Shown one piece after another: positions 1 through 11,247 of a stretch of DNA of 63,746 nt; position 1 is the stretch's first letter, and each line of letters begins with the position of its first letter. This stretch comes from Selaginella moellendorffii (taxonomy: Eukaryota > Plantae > Lycopodiophyta). A program made the position numbers and the translations under genes. The stretch lies in assembly GCF_000143415.4 (NCBI RefSeq), contig NW_003314286.1:1897243-1960988 (forward strand). Direction: 5' to 3'. Under the pieces are notes generated by a model. It searched no databases. It worked only from the letters and a program-made list of their open reading frames with translations, and had not been told where the DNA came from.

Positions 1-290
1 ACTCCATCTCGGACTCCGTCTCGGTCCATCTCAGACTCCATCTCGGACTCCACCTCGGACTCCATCTCGGACTCCATCTCGGTCCATCTCGGACTCCATC
101 TCAGACTCTGTCTCGGTCCATCTCGGACTCCATCTCAGTATCCACTTCGGACTCCATCTCGGACTCCACTTCGGTATCCATCTCGGACTCCATCTCGGTC
201 CATCTCGGACTCCACCTCGGACTCCATCTCGGTCCATCTCAGACTCCATCTCAGACTCCGTCTCGGTCCATCTCGGACTCCATCTTGGAC
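1..290. repeat. Tandem array of 10-12 bp GG(AC)TCCATCTC units inside the family A LTR
   Basis: More than 20 visible copies of ggactccatctc/ggtccatctc. The same array recurs at ~30000-30160, 31300-31430 and 61110-61380. Confidence 0.95.
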
Positions 291-550
291 TCTTCCACGT
301 GTCATGTGTTGGTCCTTTTGGGTCCCTTTTTGGAGCCTCGCTTATTGCTCGCTTTGTGCTTGTTCCTCAAGCACTTTGTTGGGAGTTCCACTCCCGCTCT
401 CGACCTTCCAAGTCGGAGCTTTTATTCCAAACGGGTCACGCTCGTTTGGCTTTTGCTTCAGCCACTACCACATGGCACCCTTTCCAGCTCCACTTTGGGG
501 CCTAGGGATTTTGTGTTTCACATTTGGGGCTTAAGGATTTGTGTCTCATA
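1..550 (+). mobile_element. Right end of an LTR, family A (left end outside the window)
   Basis: Positions 290-550 match the end of the TSD-bounded solo LTR at 30480-31628 and, in reverse, 60908-61100. Ends ...TGTGTCTCATA where the other copies end ...TGTGTCTCACA. Confidence 0.85.
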
Positions 551-879
551 GAAGCAAATGGTTTGGATTGAAACTAATTTAATGGCTAGCAAAATTTTAC
601 TATGCTAATATTAGTATATGGCATTGTAACCATACACTTATACCACACAATTATATTTTTAGTTTTAGAATATCCTTAATTCTACTAATTTAAATTTTCA
701 TTTGTTATCAAAAGAGTTAATCTAAAACTCAAATTTAATAGTCATTTTAATTTTCCCATCTTTTTTTAATTCTTAATATTATGTATATATTTATTAAAAA
801 ATTATATACCATTTATCTATAAATACTCTCAAAATTACTAAATTTTTAAAATTTTATAAATACAATTAATGTAAAGCTT

Positions 880-2160
880 GAATATAAATAACAACTTTAT
901 TTAAACTTCTCAGCTTAATATTACTTAAACTAAAGATATTTAACCCCAATTATTCTAAAACTCTTAAGTAATTATAAAAGAGGGTGCTATAAAATCCTGA
1001 ATTTAAACTTCACAAGAGGTTATCTAGCAAAGACATTTAACCCCAAGTATCCCTAAACTATTAACCAATTAAAAAAAATACACTTTTATTCATGGGCTTT
1101 TTTCTTCTATATTTGAATCCGTCTTAAGCAAATGTGCTCTTTTGACACTCTACCCCTAAAGTTTAGCCCAAGTGGAGCAAATAACTGCCAAATATTAATC
1201 TTAATTATAAGGTGTGATTCCTTTAGCAAATAAGCAAAGTTAGACCTGAGATCTAAATATAAATGCAAAACCTTTTTTATATTTAATGTAAGTTCCTGAA
1301 TTTAAACTTCCTGAGATGTGACTTAGCCTAATAACCCAAGGACGCTTAACCCTAAATATTTAAAAAAGGGATGCACTTTTTATTCATGGTCCTTTTCTTT
1401 CTATATTTAAACCTTTATAAATCATCTTTTGGGTCATTCTTTTTAGTTTTTTACAATTGCTAACTTATTTTCATTTCTCAAGTTTTCTAAATTCAATTAG
1501 AAATGAATAGAATAAATAGACTATGATTAAATTAGGGAACTAACTAGCTTTATTAGTTGATGTTGGCAAATATACATACTTATTTAATTAGAAAAGGATG
1601 TAAGAATTTTAGAACACAATACAATAAGTGATGTTCTTTTAAAAGTTTATGTTATTTTCAGAACTTTCTTAGCACTTTCTTTCTTTTTTGTCAAGATAAT
1701 TAGCCTTTATTTAGAATATTGCTGATTAGCACCATTTCTCATTCATATCAACTGAACAAATTTTGTGGTGGTAGCAATCACAATGCAATGATATTACTTG
1801 ATTTAATAACATGAGAGATCAAAGATTAAACAAAAGTGGCAGTGATAAATGTAAATTAGCTTTATCTTCCACTATAAATACTTCAGTGCACCACTTTAGA
1901 TATAGTCTCCTTTAGGTTTTATTTCAACCACAGTAATTGTCAAGATAATTAGTATTTATTTACAGTGTTACTCCCCTCATTCTTATCAACTAAACTAACT
2001 TTGTGGTACTACTTGATTTAATGAGATAAAAATATTGGGATTGAATATTAAATAAAACTGGTAGTGATAAATGTAAATTAGCTTCATCTTCCACTATGCA
2101 CCATCTTAGATATACTCTCCTTAGTTTTATTTCAACCACAGCAATACTTATCTCCCTAGA
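880..2160. repeat. Degenerate AT-rich dispersed and tandem repeats, probably transposon-derived
   Basis: The unit 'ttaaccccaagtatc...cacttttattcatgggc...tatatttgaa' occurs at ~1030 and ~1340 and again at 38165-38310. A ~250 bp direct duplication lies at 1690-1940 / 1940-2150. Confidence 0.6.
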
Positions 2161-2766
2161 AGAAAGAAAAACAATTCTTTGACTTTGGCTCCACAAGTAA
2201 ATAATAGTAACTTACAAGGTTGCAACTTCGAAATTATTTATAATGACACATCATGCTGAAAAAGAAAATTGACAAGGCTAAGATGGCAAAGTAATCACAT
2301 GCTTAACCTATAACTCTTCCCATTCCAAATGTTGGCATACAAAATAACACACTTCCAAAGAAAAAAAAGCCTACATAAAACACACATATACACTGCCTTT
2401 GTAACCTAATGTGCTACTGTCTTTACAAGGCAAGGGAAAATATTTGAGTAACAGAAGAAAATCTAAAGTTTTACTTGGTACAAACCTTATGAATGTTTAA
2501 CATTCTCTAACAATCATTCACAAATCACCACTACAATTATCAATTCAACAGAGTGAACACCAGAAAATGGAGTTTGACTATAGTGGCATTTGGTTTTGCT
2601 CACTCTTTCCCCTCTTGTACATTCTAGTACTAGTACTAGATTATAACTGTTAATTTAAACACGTTTTGTATTAGTGATAACTAAAAATATTGATTATAAG
2701 AGTTTAAAAGAGAAATATCCTAAATATATTTAGATATTCTAGTATATTCCTCTTCTAAAGCAAAAG

Positions 2767-3511
2767 TCACACAATTCTTTGCTGGCTAAGTTGGGTTTCT
2801 AGTGCAGCTGTTGATTCCTGGAGGAGTGATCTTGCCTCGTTCCTTCTCCTGATCAAATCAGGGAGAAAATATGAATACAAAAACGAGTTCCAATGCTTAC
2901 TTGTGAACTTCTTCCACAGCTTGCTTTCGTCTTTGCACTTGGGTCTCGAGAATGCGAATAAGTGTCGCTCTGGCCTGGAGAACGATACTTTGCATGAGCA
3001 GACAAGAAAGGATTTTGTTTTTGTCAAACCTGGTGTGGTCTGAGTGAATTGAGCAAGTGATGCATGTTTCTGAGAATGAGCCCCATGTCTTCCACTCTTC
3101 GAGCATACTGAGAAGGCCTCTCCACCAAAACGTCGGCGAGCTCCATCATCTGGAGCACAAGCTCTCGGTTCAAAGCCTTGAGCTCCTTCTTGTAGTCTAA
3201 TCTCCCAAAGTTTGAGGACAAAGATCAATCCACTGGAAAAATTCTTGGTCGAGTCCAACTTACCAATGTTGGGTCCTATGGGATACAATTGACGAAGCCC
3301 CACTTCCTCCAAACTGGGTAGTGTATCGTCAGTCTGAAAGCTCAAGCTTATAAGAGAAGAAAAAAGGAGAAGAGGGTCTAACCGTGTACGTGTTCCCAAA
3401 CACGGAGTAAGTTCCCTGGAGCGGCGGAGGCGGCGATGGCGCGGAGGCTGGATCCTTGTAGAGCGTGTAATAGGGAGGCGGTGGCGGATAGGCAGCAGAA
3501 GTAGTAGCCAT
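2767..3511 (-). CDS. MED7: Mediator complex subunit 7 (5 exons)
   Basis: Spliced translation MATTSAAYPPPPPYY..., DDTLPSLEEVGLRQLYP, DYKKELKALNREL...LVERPSQYARRVEDMGLILRNMHHLLNSLRPHQ|ARATLIRILE; GT-AG introns. Confidence 0.95.
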
Positions 3512-3639
3512 GGCTAGGGCTTCATTAAAACAGGGGTCAACGCCGAGACATAGATGATGGAGCTTACTCCTCGTCGCTCTTGCTCACTTAGACATCTTCC
3601 CTGGCAAAGTAAGCGTTCGATCTCATCACAACTACCACG

Positions 3640-4046
3640 AAGCTATGTTAGCGGATGAGGTGGTATGTTCTTGGCATTACGTTTGTGGAGGAGGCAGCAC
3701 TGGTCCCAAACTACGCTTGTCAGCTCTTTAGGAGTGAGGACTTTTTCTTCTCTGTGGAATCTTGCTCATTTGTGTGCCATCGAAAATGTCAAGGAGAAAG
3801 GAGTCCATTAGATGCTTACGATTGGTAAGAGTTTCCGTTCATTTGAAGGTCTTGTGTGTTGTTCTCTTTAGGTGTCGAGTTGCTACCGAGGACAGAATTG
3901 AAGACGCAATCCTGATACCTCCATACTGGAGCAAAATACAATCTTTGAAAGGACTTCAGGCGAGATACGCTCGTTGTACCATTGAATCACGCGGTTATTT
4001 AGTTCTGTACAAGGTGTTTTTAATCGCTACGTTCTACCCAATCTAA
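3640..4046 (+). pseudogene. Unassigned gene fragment with one GT-AG intron
   Basis: Coding-like composition and an intron gtaaga...tttag (~3826-3871) joining ...PLDAYDW|CRVATEDRIEDAILIPPYWSK. No clean start and no recognised family. Confidence 0.3.
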
Positions 4047-4380
4047 ACGTCCAGGAGCTTTTGGCCAAAAGTTGGCACTGCATTCGCTAGTAACTTTAAA
4101 GGTATATACGTCAAAGTTTTTTTCAGAAACAACAAATATCTTGTGCCAATGCCTTTAAACAAAAAGTGAGAAAAAAGTTCATGGAAATTTTTGAGCCGCC
4201 ATTAATTTTAGACAAGCTTTTCTGTGGACACCTGAACACCATAGTTTATGAGGCAAGAAACAAGGACAGAGCAACGGCTATTAGATGCGTCCTCTTTATA
4301 AGGAAGCACTCCTACTGTTTTGTTGAGCCCAAGATTCCAAGAGTAACAAAGAAAGGGAGGGAGGCTCTCAGGCTCTCAAG

Positions 4381-5438
4381 ATGGGGAGGAGCACAAACTC
4401 TTCGACAGTGTGTTTTTGCTTGCTACTAGTCTTGTTCCTCCACAGGAGGGCAATGTGTGTTGTCATCACCGTGGGAGACTCGCTCGGCTGGACAAATTTC
4501 GATCTCTCCACGCAGAGGGTTCCAGATTATGCTGCCTGGGCCGCCTCTCAGCCAGTCGCATCGGGAGATTCCGTCGGTGAGTGGATCATCCTGTTCTTGG
4601 TCTTCTCTTCTCTAAGTTTTCTCCAGGCTTCCCTGTGAGTGTAGGTAGCGCCTTGGTTTTTTCGTTTCTCTAGTCCTTGCGCTATGGCTGCTAACAAACG
4701 ATCCCGTATGAATCGTGCAGTGTTTCGATACGCTCCAGGCTTTCACAATGTGGCAATGCTTCCGTCCAAGGCCGACTTCGACAATTGCAACTTTGCGAAG
4801 GCAACCATGCTCGACACTGGATCGTCTGGCAACTTCACGGTCTGTAGTACGCTTCCGGACCGCTTTCTCGTGACTAAAGTGGCCAAAGCTCTTGCTTTTT
4901 TCCTTTTCTTTTTGCTTTTCCAAAGTGGATAGCTCCAGAGAAGACTGGCGCGTACTACTTTGCGTGTGGATTCTCAGTGGAGGGCCAGGGAACGCACTGC
5001 GATGGCGGACAGAAAGTTACCATCAGTGTTGGCGTCTTGGCTGCTGCTCCTCCCCTGGCACTATCTCCAACTCCGGCCGGATTAGTCCTGGCCCCAGGGC
5101 TTCCTCCATCGTCACCATCGTCATCGCCATCGCCAGGAGGAGGACCAACAGGCCCTGCGGCTTCTCCAGGGATGGGACTGGTCCCAGCGATAGCTCCAGC
5201 GACGAGCGAGTCACCCAGCACCTCCATGGCGCCCAGTGGTAGCTCCGGAGCCTCGGCAGCGGTCCCTATAGAAGGGTCAGAGCAAGACAACACCTCGGTA
5301 AGAGCTTAAGCCTTTTTTTTTTCTTTCTCGATCCGAGAGAACTGACCAGAAAATGGTTTGCTGTAGGGTGGCGATAGTCTCGTAACTTGGTGGAGGTTGA
5401 TCGTCGCGTCCACCGTGGTGGCGCTGAGACTTTTGTGA
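4381..5438 (+). CDS. Phytocyanin (stellacyanin-type blue copper protein) with Pro/Ser/Ala-rich AGP-like stalk and GPI signal; 4 exons
   Basis: Signal peptide; VGDSLGW...YAAWA...GDSV|VFRY...HNV...DFDNC...|YYFACGFSVEGQGTHCDGGQKVTI with ligands H, C, H and axial Q; hydrophobic last exon 5367-5438 GGDSLVTWWRLIVASTVVALRLL*. Confidence 0.92.
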
Positions 5439-5814
5439 GCGAGCGAATTGACTTGAATATAGAATGGAGAGCATACCGATGAAAGATTTTGAGTCTTTGT
5501 AGATCTAGACTCGTTCTCTAGAGATCAGGAGGGAGGAGGTCTTTCTGTCCAGGAGAAATCGTAAATGCTTGTTGATTTTTTTCTCCTCCACTTTCCGTCA
5601 TCTTCTCAATCAATTGTCATAGAGAATTCGAGAAGCCGTGTCTGGAAAAGGATGTAACGATGGCGTGAGCTTGCGAGTGAAAGAAAAAGCCATAACGCAC
5701 CAGGATTGAGGCAACGGATGATCAGAAACTTTGGCAGGCTGCAGCATGACTATCTCGCTGCACCTGGCCCTCCTGCGTGACTCAAACGATATTGTCAAGG
5801 CATTACTCCACACA

Positions 5815-6705
5815 AGAAAAACAAACCTGAGTAGTCCGAGGTGAAACAATACCGTCAGCATGATGATCCGTGCGCAGTCCCGGCGGAGAAGATGAATATC
5901 TGAATGCATGCGTACTCCTGATAGCCAGCAAAACATTTTTTCTGAGAGAAGTTTTTCATAGCTCAGTACCTTCGATCGGATAGGATAGCATAACTAGACC
6001 GAGGCGAAACAATACCACAGCATGGTGATCGACTAGTGCGCAGTCCCCGCGGAGAAGATGGATCTCTGAAGTAGATGGATGCATGCGTACTTCTGTTAGC
6101 TAGCAAAACATTTGTTCTGAGTGTGAGTCAAGAATTTTTTCATAGCTCTCGTAAGTTTGATGGAAGGACTCCACGCTCCTCGTTAGAGTTAACCACTGAA
6201 GAAACGTTGAAAAACAAGAAAAAACCTGAGCACGGCAAGCAAGCATAGAACTCTTTTCTCGACAGCCCGAAGAAACGAACAAAAAATACCTGTCAAGCGA
6301 TCAAGCATGCTTCACTTACCTCGATCGGATATCGAGAGAATAGCATAACTAGTCCGAGAAACAATACCGTCAGCATGATGATCGACTACTGCGCACTCCG
6401 CGGAGAAGATGGAACTCTTAAGTAAATGGATCCTGCTAGCTCTGAAAACATTTATTTTGGGTGTGAGTCAAGAATCCTTTGATAGCTTAGTACCTCATTA
6501 AGTCTTTGATGGAATCAAAGCTCTTGCGAGGATTCATGGGCTCCCTGGAAAACCTTGTACGTAAAACCATTGTGAGCATGACAGGCAAGCATAGAACGCT
6601 TTTCTAGCAATCTTCTAGGACATGGACGCCTGGCCCCAGGAAAAACAAACAAGAAATACCAAGCAAAATGCCCCACAAAGAGAATGCTTCGCTTACCTCG
6701 ATCGG
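5815..6705. repeat. Three diverged tandem copies of a module upstream of REC8
   Basis: Core 'aacaataccgtcagcatgatgatc...cggagaagatg...aaaacattt' at ~5845, ~6008 and ~6360. 'cttacctcgatcgg' at ~6315 and ~6692. 'gcaagcatagaac' at ~6240 and ~6585. Confidence 0.85.
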
Positions 6706-6874
6706 CCAGGAATGCGGTGAAGATCGGGAAACCTGGAAGCGCGGCGAGCGATGATCCAGTCCCAAGCGGGCCTCCGGCCGGGCAAAATATTTTTGGCCTC
6801 TCGCCAAATAAGCCCTCAAGAATGGCGGTAAAACCCTACTAGAGGTTTGCGCGGCCTACATTCTCGACTCCACG

Positions 6875-9585
6875 ATGTTCTACTCCCACCAATTGCTCTC
6901 CAAGAAAGGTCCCTTCGGGCAGATATGGTGAGAATGCGCGCGGATCGGCGCAAGCGTCTCATCGATCTCTTCTTCTCGCGTTTATTTGCAGGATCGCGGC
7001 GACGGTGCATCCAAAGATGAACAGGAAGAGGACCGATCAGATCGACATCCAAGAGAGCTGGTTTGTTGGATTCTTGGTTGGAAATTTTGATCGGATCGAT
7101 TGAAATGCGCCGATGTCTCTCCGCAGCATGCAGATCATCAATCCCGTCGTTCCTCTGGCTCTACGGCTGTCGGGAATCCTCATGGGTAAGGGATCTCGCG
7201 ATGCATGTAAGAATCGCCTCTTCTAAGATCGATCTTTCTTGCAGGAGGTATCGTGAGGATCTACAACCACAAAGTCAAATTCTTGTATGGTAAGGCCATG
7301 GTTTATTTTCTCTGCTTTCGTTCACATTCTTTCCTTGATCAAGACGATGTCACGGAGTTCCTGGTGAGGAAGTTTTCTTGGTTTTGTTCTTCCTCTCTCG
7401 ATGATCACTGTTCGTTGGCTCCAGTTTAAGATGAAAACCAAACAAGCCGCGCTGAAGACCGAGGACACTACCAGGCTTCCTCAAAGGAGAGCTCGCGCTA
7501 AGTACGTAAGATGTTGTTTATCTTAAGCTGGCTCCACGCGATCTGTGACTCCAGGTTCGAAGCGATCACGATTGATGGCACCGAAGAAACCTTCCAGGAT
7601 TTCGAGCGCGCGATGCTGGAGCCGGAAACACCGGACCAGGACGATCCCGAGTTTTTCACGGTTCCTCCTCCGGTGGCGAGAACCAGACCCAACCGATTTC
7701 AAGGTACGTGTCATCAACACGAGATCTAATGAGGTGAAGGAGGTTTGTAAGAACAGCTGACAACGAAGACATCACGCTGAATGAGGATAGTGTTCGCTCC
7801 TTCGCCACTGTTTTGGATGACGATGTCGAGAGGTAGGCAAACATGGATAGTTTCTAAAGCGCGCTAAGCTTTTCTTTGTTTCAGGGAAGAAAGTGAGTAC
7901 AGGTTCCAGCAGCCTGAGAACTTTATTGACGACATGATTACTATGAATGCCCCGCTTCAAGGTAGAGCTGGTTGAAAAATGCAAAGCTTACATAACGACT
8001 AAATGCTGTTCAAGTTCCAAATGGACTTGAACCGATATCTGAAGAACGGGATGGCGACAACGAAAAAGGTGAAGACAAAGGACCAAAGTCGGTAAGCATC
8101 TGCCTCTACTACTCATTTCTTTTGTTATGCATTACTTTTGTAGCCGGAGCCTCATAAGCCGCGAAAGAAAAGAAAGACGATCAAGCGGCAGAAGAAACTC
8201 GTCTACGACGTCGAGTTGACTGAGATTCCAGCTCAAGTTTTCCAGTCCTGGCTGCAGGACACTTCAAATATCATCTACAGAAGAAATAGACGAAAGGTAT
8301 GTGAACAGCGTTTTGCCTTCACTGACATTGCGATCAAACAGCTGTATACACAAGCATCGGCTGAAAGAGCAAAAGTGATGCTGAACAATCCCTTAACTTT
8401 CTTAGGCTGCGGTACCATACCGAAGTCACTTTTACCAGCCTCAATCGTTGATCTGTGGTCCAAAGCAACCGTGGTGACTCCAAGGAATGAACAACAAAAG
8501 ACTACTTCTGAGCAGCAGAAACAACAAGAACAGCAAACATCTGCCAAACAGCAGGACCAGCAAGTATCTGCTGATCAATCGGTAGCACTACAGTAGCACT
8601 TAGAAGCTATTTCACTGATGTTTTGCTCGCAGCCTCCTCCGCCGTTGGAATTCGCGTTCGAAGAGCCCGAGCGTTTTGAGGCACCTTTTAACTTTGAGAA
8701 TTACGGCTCCGTCGAGAAACTACGAGCACCCGTTCAAACTCCTGTTACAGGAAGCGAAGGAGGCAGCTTCTTTGATGTCCAAACCGGAGTGACTCCAAAT
8801 ATTTCAGGTTCCCCGCTTATAAAAAACTCCTTGGCGCAACAACTAACATTTCTTTTGTGTGTGTTTTTCCAGTGAACAGCGTCATGAATTCTAAACGAAA
8901 AAGGAGCTCTCAATCCACCGACAAGCTCGTTCCCGACGTTGTGGGGGATTATCCGACCAGCTTGAGGTCTGAAAACTTGCATGCCTCGAATTGCACTAAC
9001 TAAAGAGTTTTCTGAATGTTTTTCAAGGTCCAAGAGGTCGCGAGCGTCGGAACGCAAGAGTGACTCGCCTTTTGGTACTGATTTTTATACCAACGACGTT
9101 TTCCCGGAAGAAAGAACTCCAGACATCACAGTTCTACCAAGCCAATTTGGTAAGCTTGAAAGAAAACATTTCAACTGTTTAGAACTTTCGCGTGTCTCCG
9201 CCAGAAACAGAGCCGACTCAAGCCGCACAGGCCTATCAACGCGACTTAGACAAGCTCACAAGCATCATGCTCCAGTAAGCTGCTCCGAGTTTTTTCGATC
9301 ATGATGATACCATGAGAAACATTTCAGGTACTTGCGGGAGCACTTCATCAGCTCTCCGGGGATCAAGGCGTTGTCCCTCGATAGCCTTACGGAAGGCATG
9401 AACGCCTCTCAGGGAGCAAAGATGTTCTTCCACATCTGCGGTGAGTCTCGATAGTGTTTTTTTTTTCTTACCAGTGAGCTATGTTATGTTTCGTTCGTGC
9501 AGTCTTAGCTTCAAATAGCTATCTCAGTGTGCTACAAAAGGAAGCTTATGGCGACATCCTCATTGGAAGAGGAAGCCTCTTTTGA
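6875..9585 (+). CDS. REC8: Meiotic kleisin cohesin REC8/SYN1 (RAD21/REC8 family; roughly 18 short exons)
   Basis: N-terminus MFYSHQLLSKKGPFGQIW|IAAT..., IINPVVPLALRLSGILMG|GIVRIY, central EIPAQVFQSWLQDTSNII, C-terminal winged helix AKMFFHIC|VLAS...QKEAYGDILIGRG. The MFYSHQLL start and exon-rich structure fit the SYN1 clade. Confidence 0.9.
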
Positions 9586-9701
9586 TTCACCTGCGTGGAA
9601 GCAAGAACAACAAGAACGTTTTTTGGCCGCGTTCCGGACTTTTCAAAGGGTTGACGAGACTTTCGTAAGTAAAAATTCTTCTTTCCGCGAGCTACGGAGC
9701 A

Positions 9702-10769
9702 ATGGCGATGGAGTCCAACCGCAGCGTCAACAAATGGATGCGTAAGTTCTTCCCGAAAGCGAGCGAGCAGGATAGGGGCGAGCTGATCGATCTCTGGCGG
9801 AGAATGGAGAGCGTGAGATTCCCCGATCCGGACGGGACCGCGCTGAGCGAGGAGGAGCTCCTGGAGCGCACGCCCAGGGCGGAGATCCGCGAGACGGACA
9901 TGGGGGATATGATTGGAAAGGGGAGCTACGCAGTGGTGCACCAAGTGGAGTGGAATGACAAATCCTATGCCATGAAGAGCTTCTCCAGCAAATCCGAGGC
10001 GCTGCGCGAGCTGGCCATCCAATCCAAGCTCTCCGGTCACCCGCACATCCTCGCTTCGCTCGCCTACGCCGAGATCCCCCGAGCCAGCGACGCCCAGAGC
10101 GACAAATTCTCCATCCTCATGGAGCTCTTCGTCGGCAGCATCGATCGTAGGGGCCGATCGATCGATACCCTCGCCGAATTCGGGGCCGCGGACGCGCTGG
10201 AGATCATGCTCCAGCTCGCGCGTGCGCTACTGTTCATCCACTCGCAGAGGATCATGCACCGCGATGTCAAGCCCGGCAATGTGCTCTATCGATCGAAGGA
10301 CCCAGCCCAGGAGGGATTCGTGCGCGGCGGGACGATGGTCAAGCTCGCGGATTTTGGGACCTCGCGATTCATCCGCGAGGGATCCTACGTCCACACCTCC
10401 AGGAGGGGGAGCAAATGCTACTGGGCGCCCGAGGTCGTACAGGATGGCCCAACGTGCCCGTACACGGACAAGGCTGACGTGTACAGCTTCGCTATGACAT
10501 GCTATGCCATTGGTACGGGAAGAACGCCGCTGGAGCGCTACGCTGGGCTGAGCTCGCGGGATTTCTACCGCAAAGTGCGCGGGTGGGGGTGTATTTTGCC
10601 GGGGAAGCGGCCAAAGGTGCCGCGATGGATGGATCCGTCGCTGGCGAGAGTGATGAAGCAGTGCTGGCATTCCACGCCCGAGGAGCGCCCGCCGATGGGG
10701 GTGGTGTGCTGGGCGCTCGAGTTCCTGGCGGCGCGGGCTAGCGGCGCCGCCCGCGCGGAGCTGAGGTGA
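9702..10769 (+). CDS. Intronless Ser/Thr protein kinase (TKL-like)
   Basis: GKGSYAVV, YAMK, HRDVKPGN, DFG, WAPE, KADVYSF and CW...PEERP in one 355-aa ORF. Confidence 0.92.
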   Translation: MAMESNRSVNKWMRKFFPKASEQDRGELIDLWRRMESVRFPDPDGTALSEEELLERTPRAEIRETDMGDMIGKGSYAVVHQVEWNDKSYAMKSFSSKSEALRELAIQSKLSGHPHILASLAYAEIPRASDAQSDKFSILMELFVGSIDRRGRSIDTLAEFGAADALEIMLQLARALLFIHSQRIMHRDVKPGNVLYRSKDPAQEGFVRGGTMVKLADFGTSRFIREGSYVHTSRRGSKCYWAPEVVQDGPTCPYTDKADVYSFAMTCYAIGTGRTPLERYAGLSSRDFYRKVRGWGCILPGKRPKVPRWMDPSLARVMKQCWHSTPEERPPMGVVCWALEFLAARASGAARAELR

Positions 10770-11247
10770 GTGGAGAAGAGGAGTGGGAATTGATGGATCA
10801 CTGATGGCTTTGCCCTGTCGCAGCCCCGCATTGTACCCGATTGTCAACGATCGCCCGTGAAACTCTGCGAGGATTGTGCCAAATTGCTCAAATGGGCCAT
10901 GAATGAGGGAGGAATCGATCGAATTCTAAGATTTTCTTTGTCTGGCAGATCTTTCTTGGCTGCTCCAAGCGTTTCATTCTTTGATTTGTTTGTCTGATCA
11001 TGATCAATTCAAACTCACGGGCTGGCGGTGCGTGTTGAATTTCGCGGAGCTTGTCAACAAGAGTTTTGTCCCCATTTTCGGATTGCTGGGAAATTGACGA
11101 GATTCCGCCCATGTTGCACGATCCCGGTTCTTCCGACATAACGGCAGGAGAGATGCCGCGGATATTCTGTTTGAGGCCACTTCAAATCTGGGCCGTCCGT
11201 TACCATGGCGCTTCTCTCGCCTCCGAGCTCTCGCCCATGGACGAGGA

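Noticed and set aside
31-551. Repetitive ORFs such as MESEMDRDGVR... (also 31013-31533 and 61057-61606)
   Set aside because: They are translations of the LTR minisatellite, with frames not conserved between copies.
5858-5905. Possible C/D-box snoRNA cluster (ATGATGA...CTGA) in the tandem repeats
   Set aside because: Only ~44 nt from box C to box D, and the boxes are not conserved in the other two copies (ATGGTGA; CTTAA).
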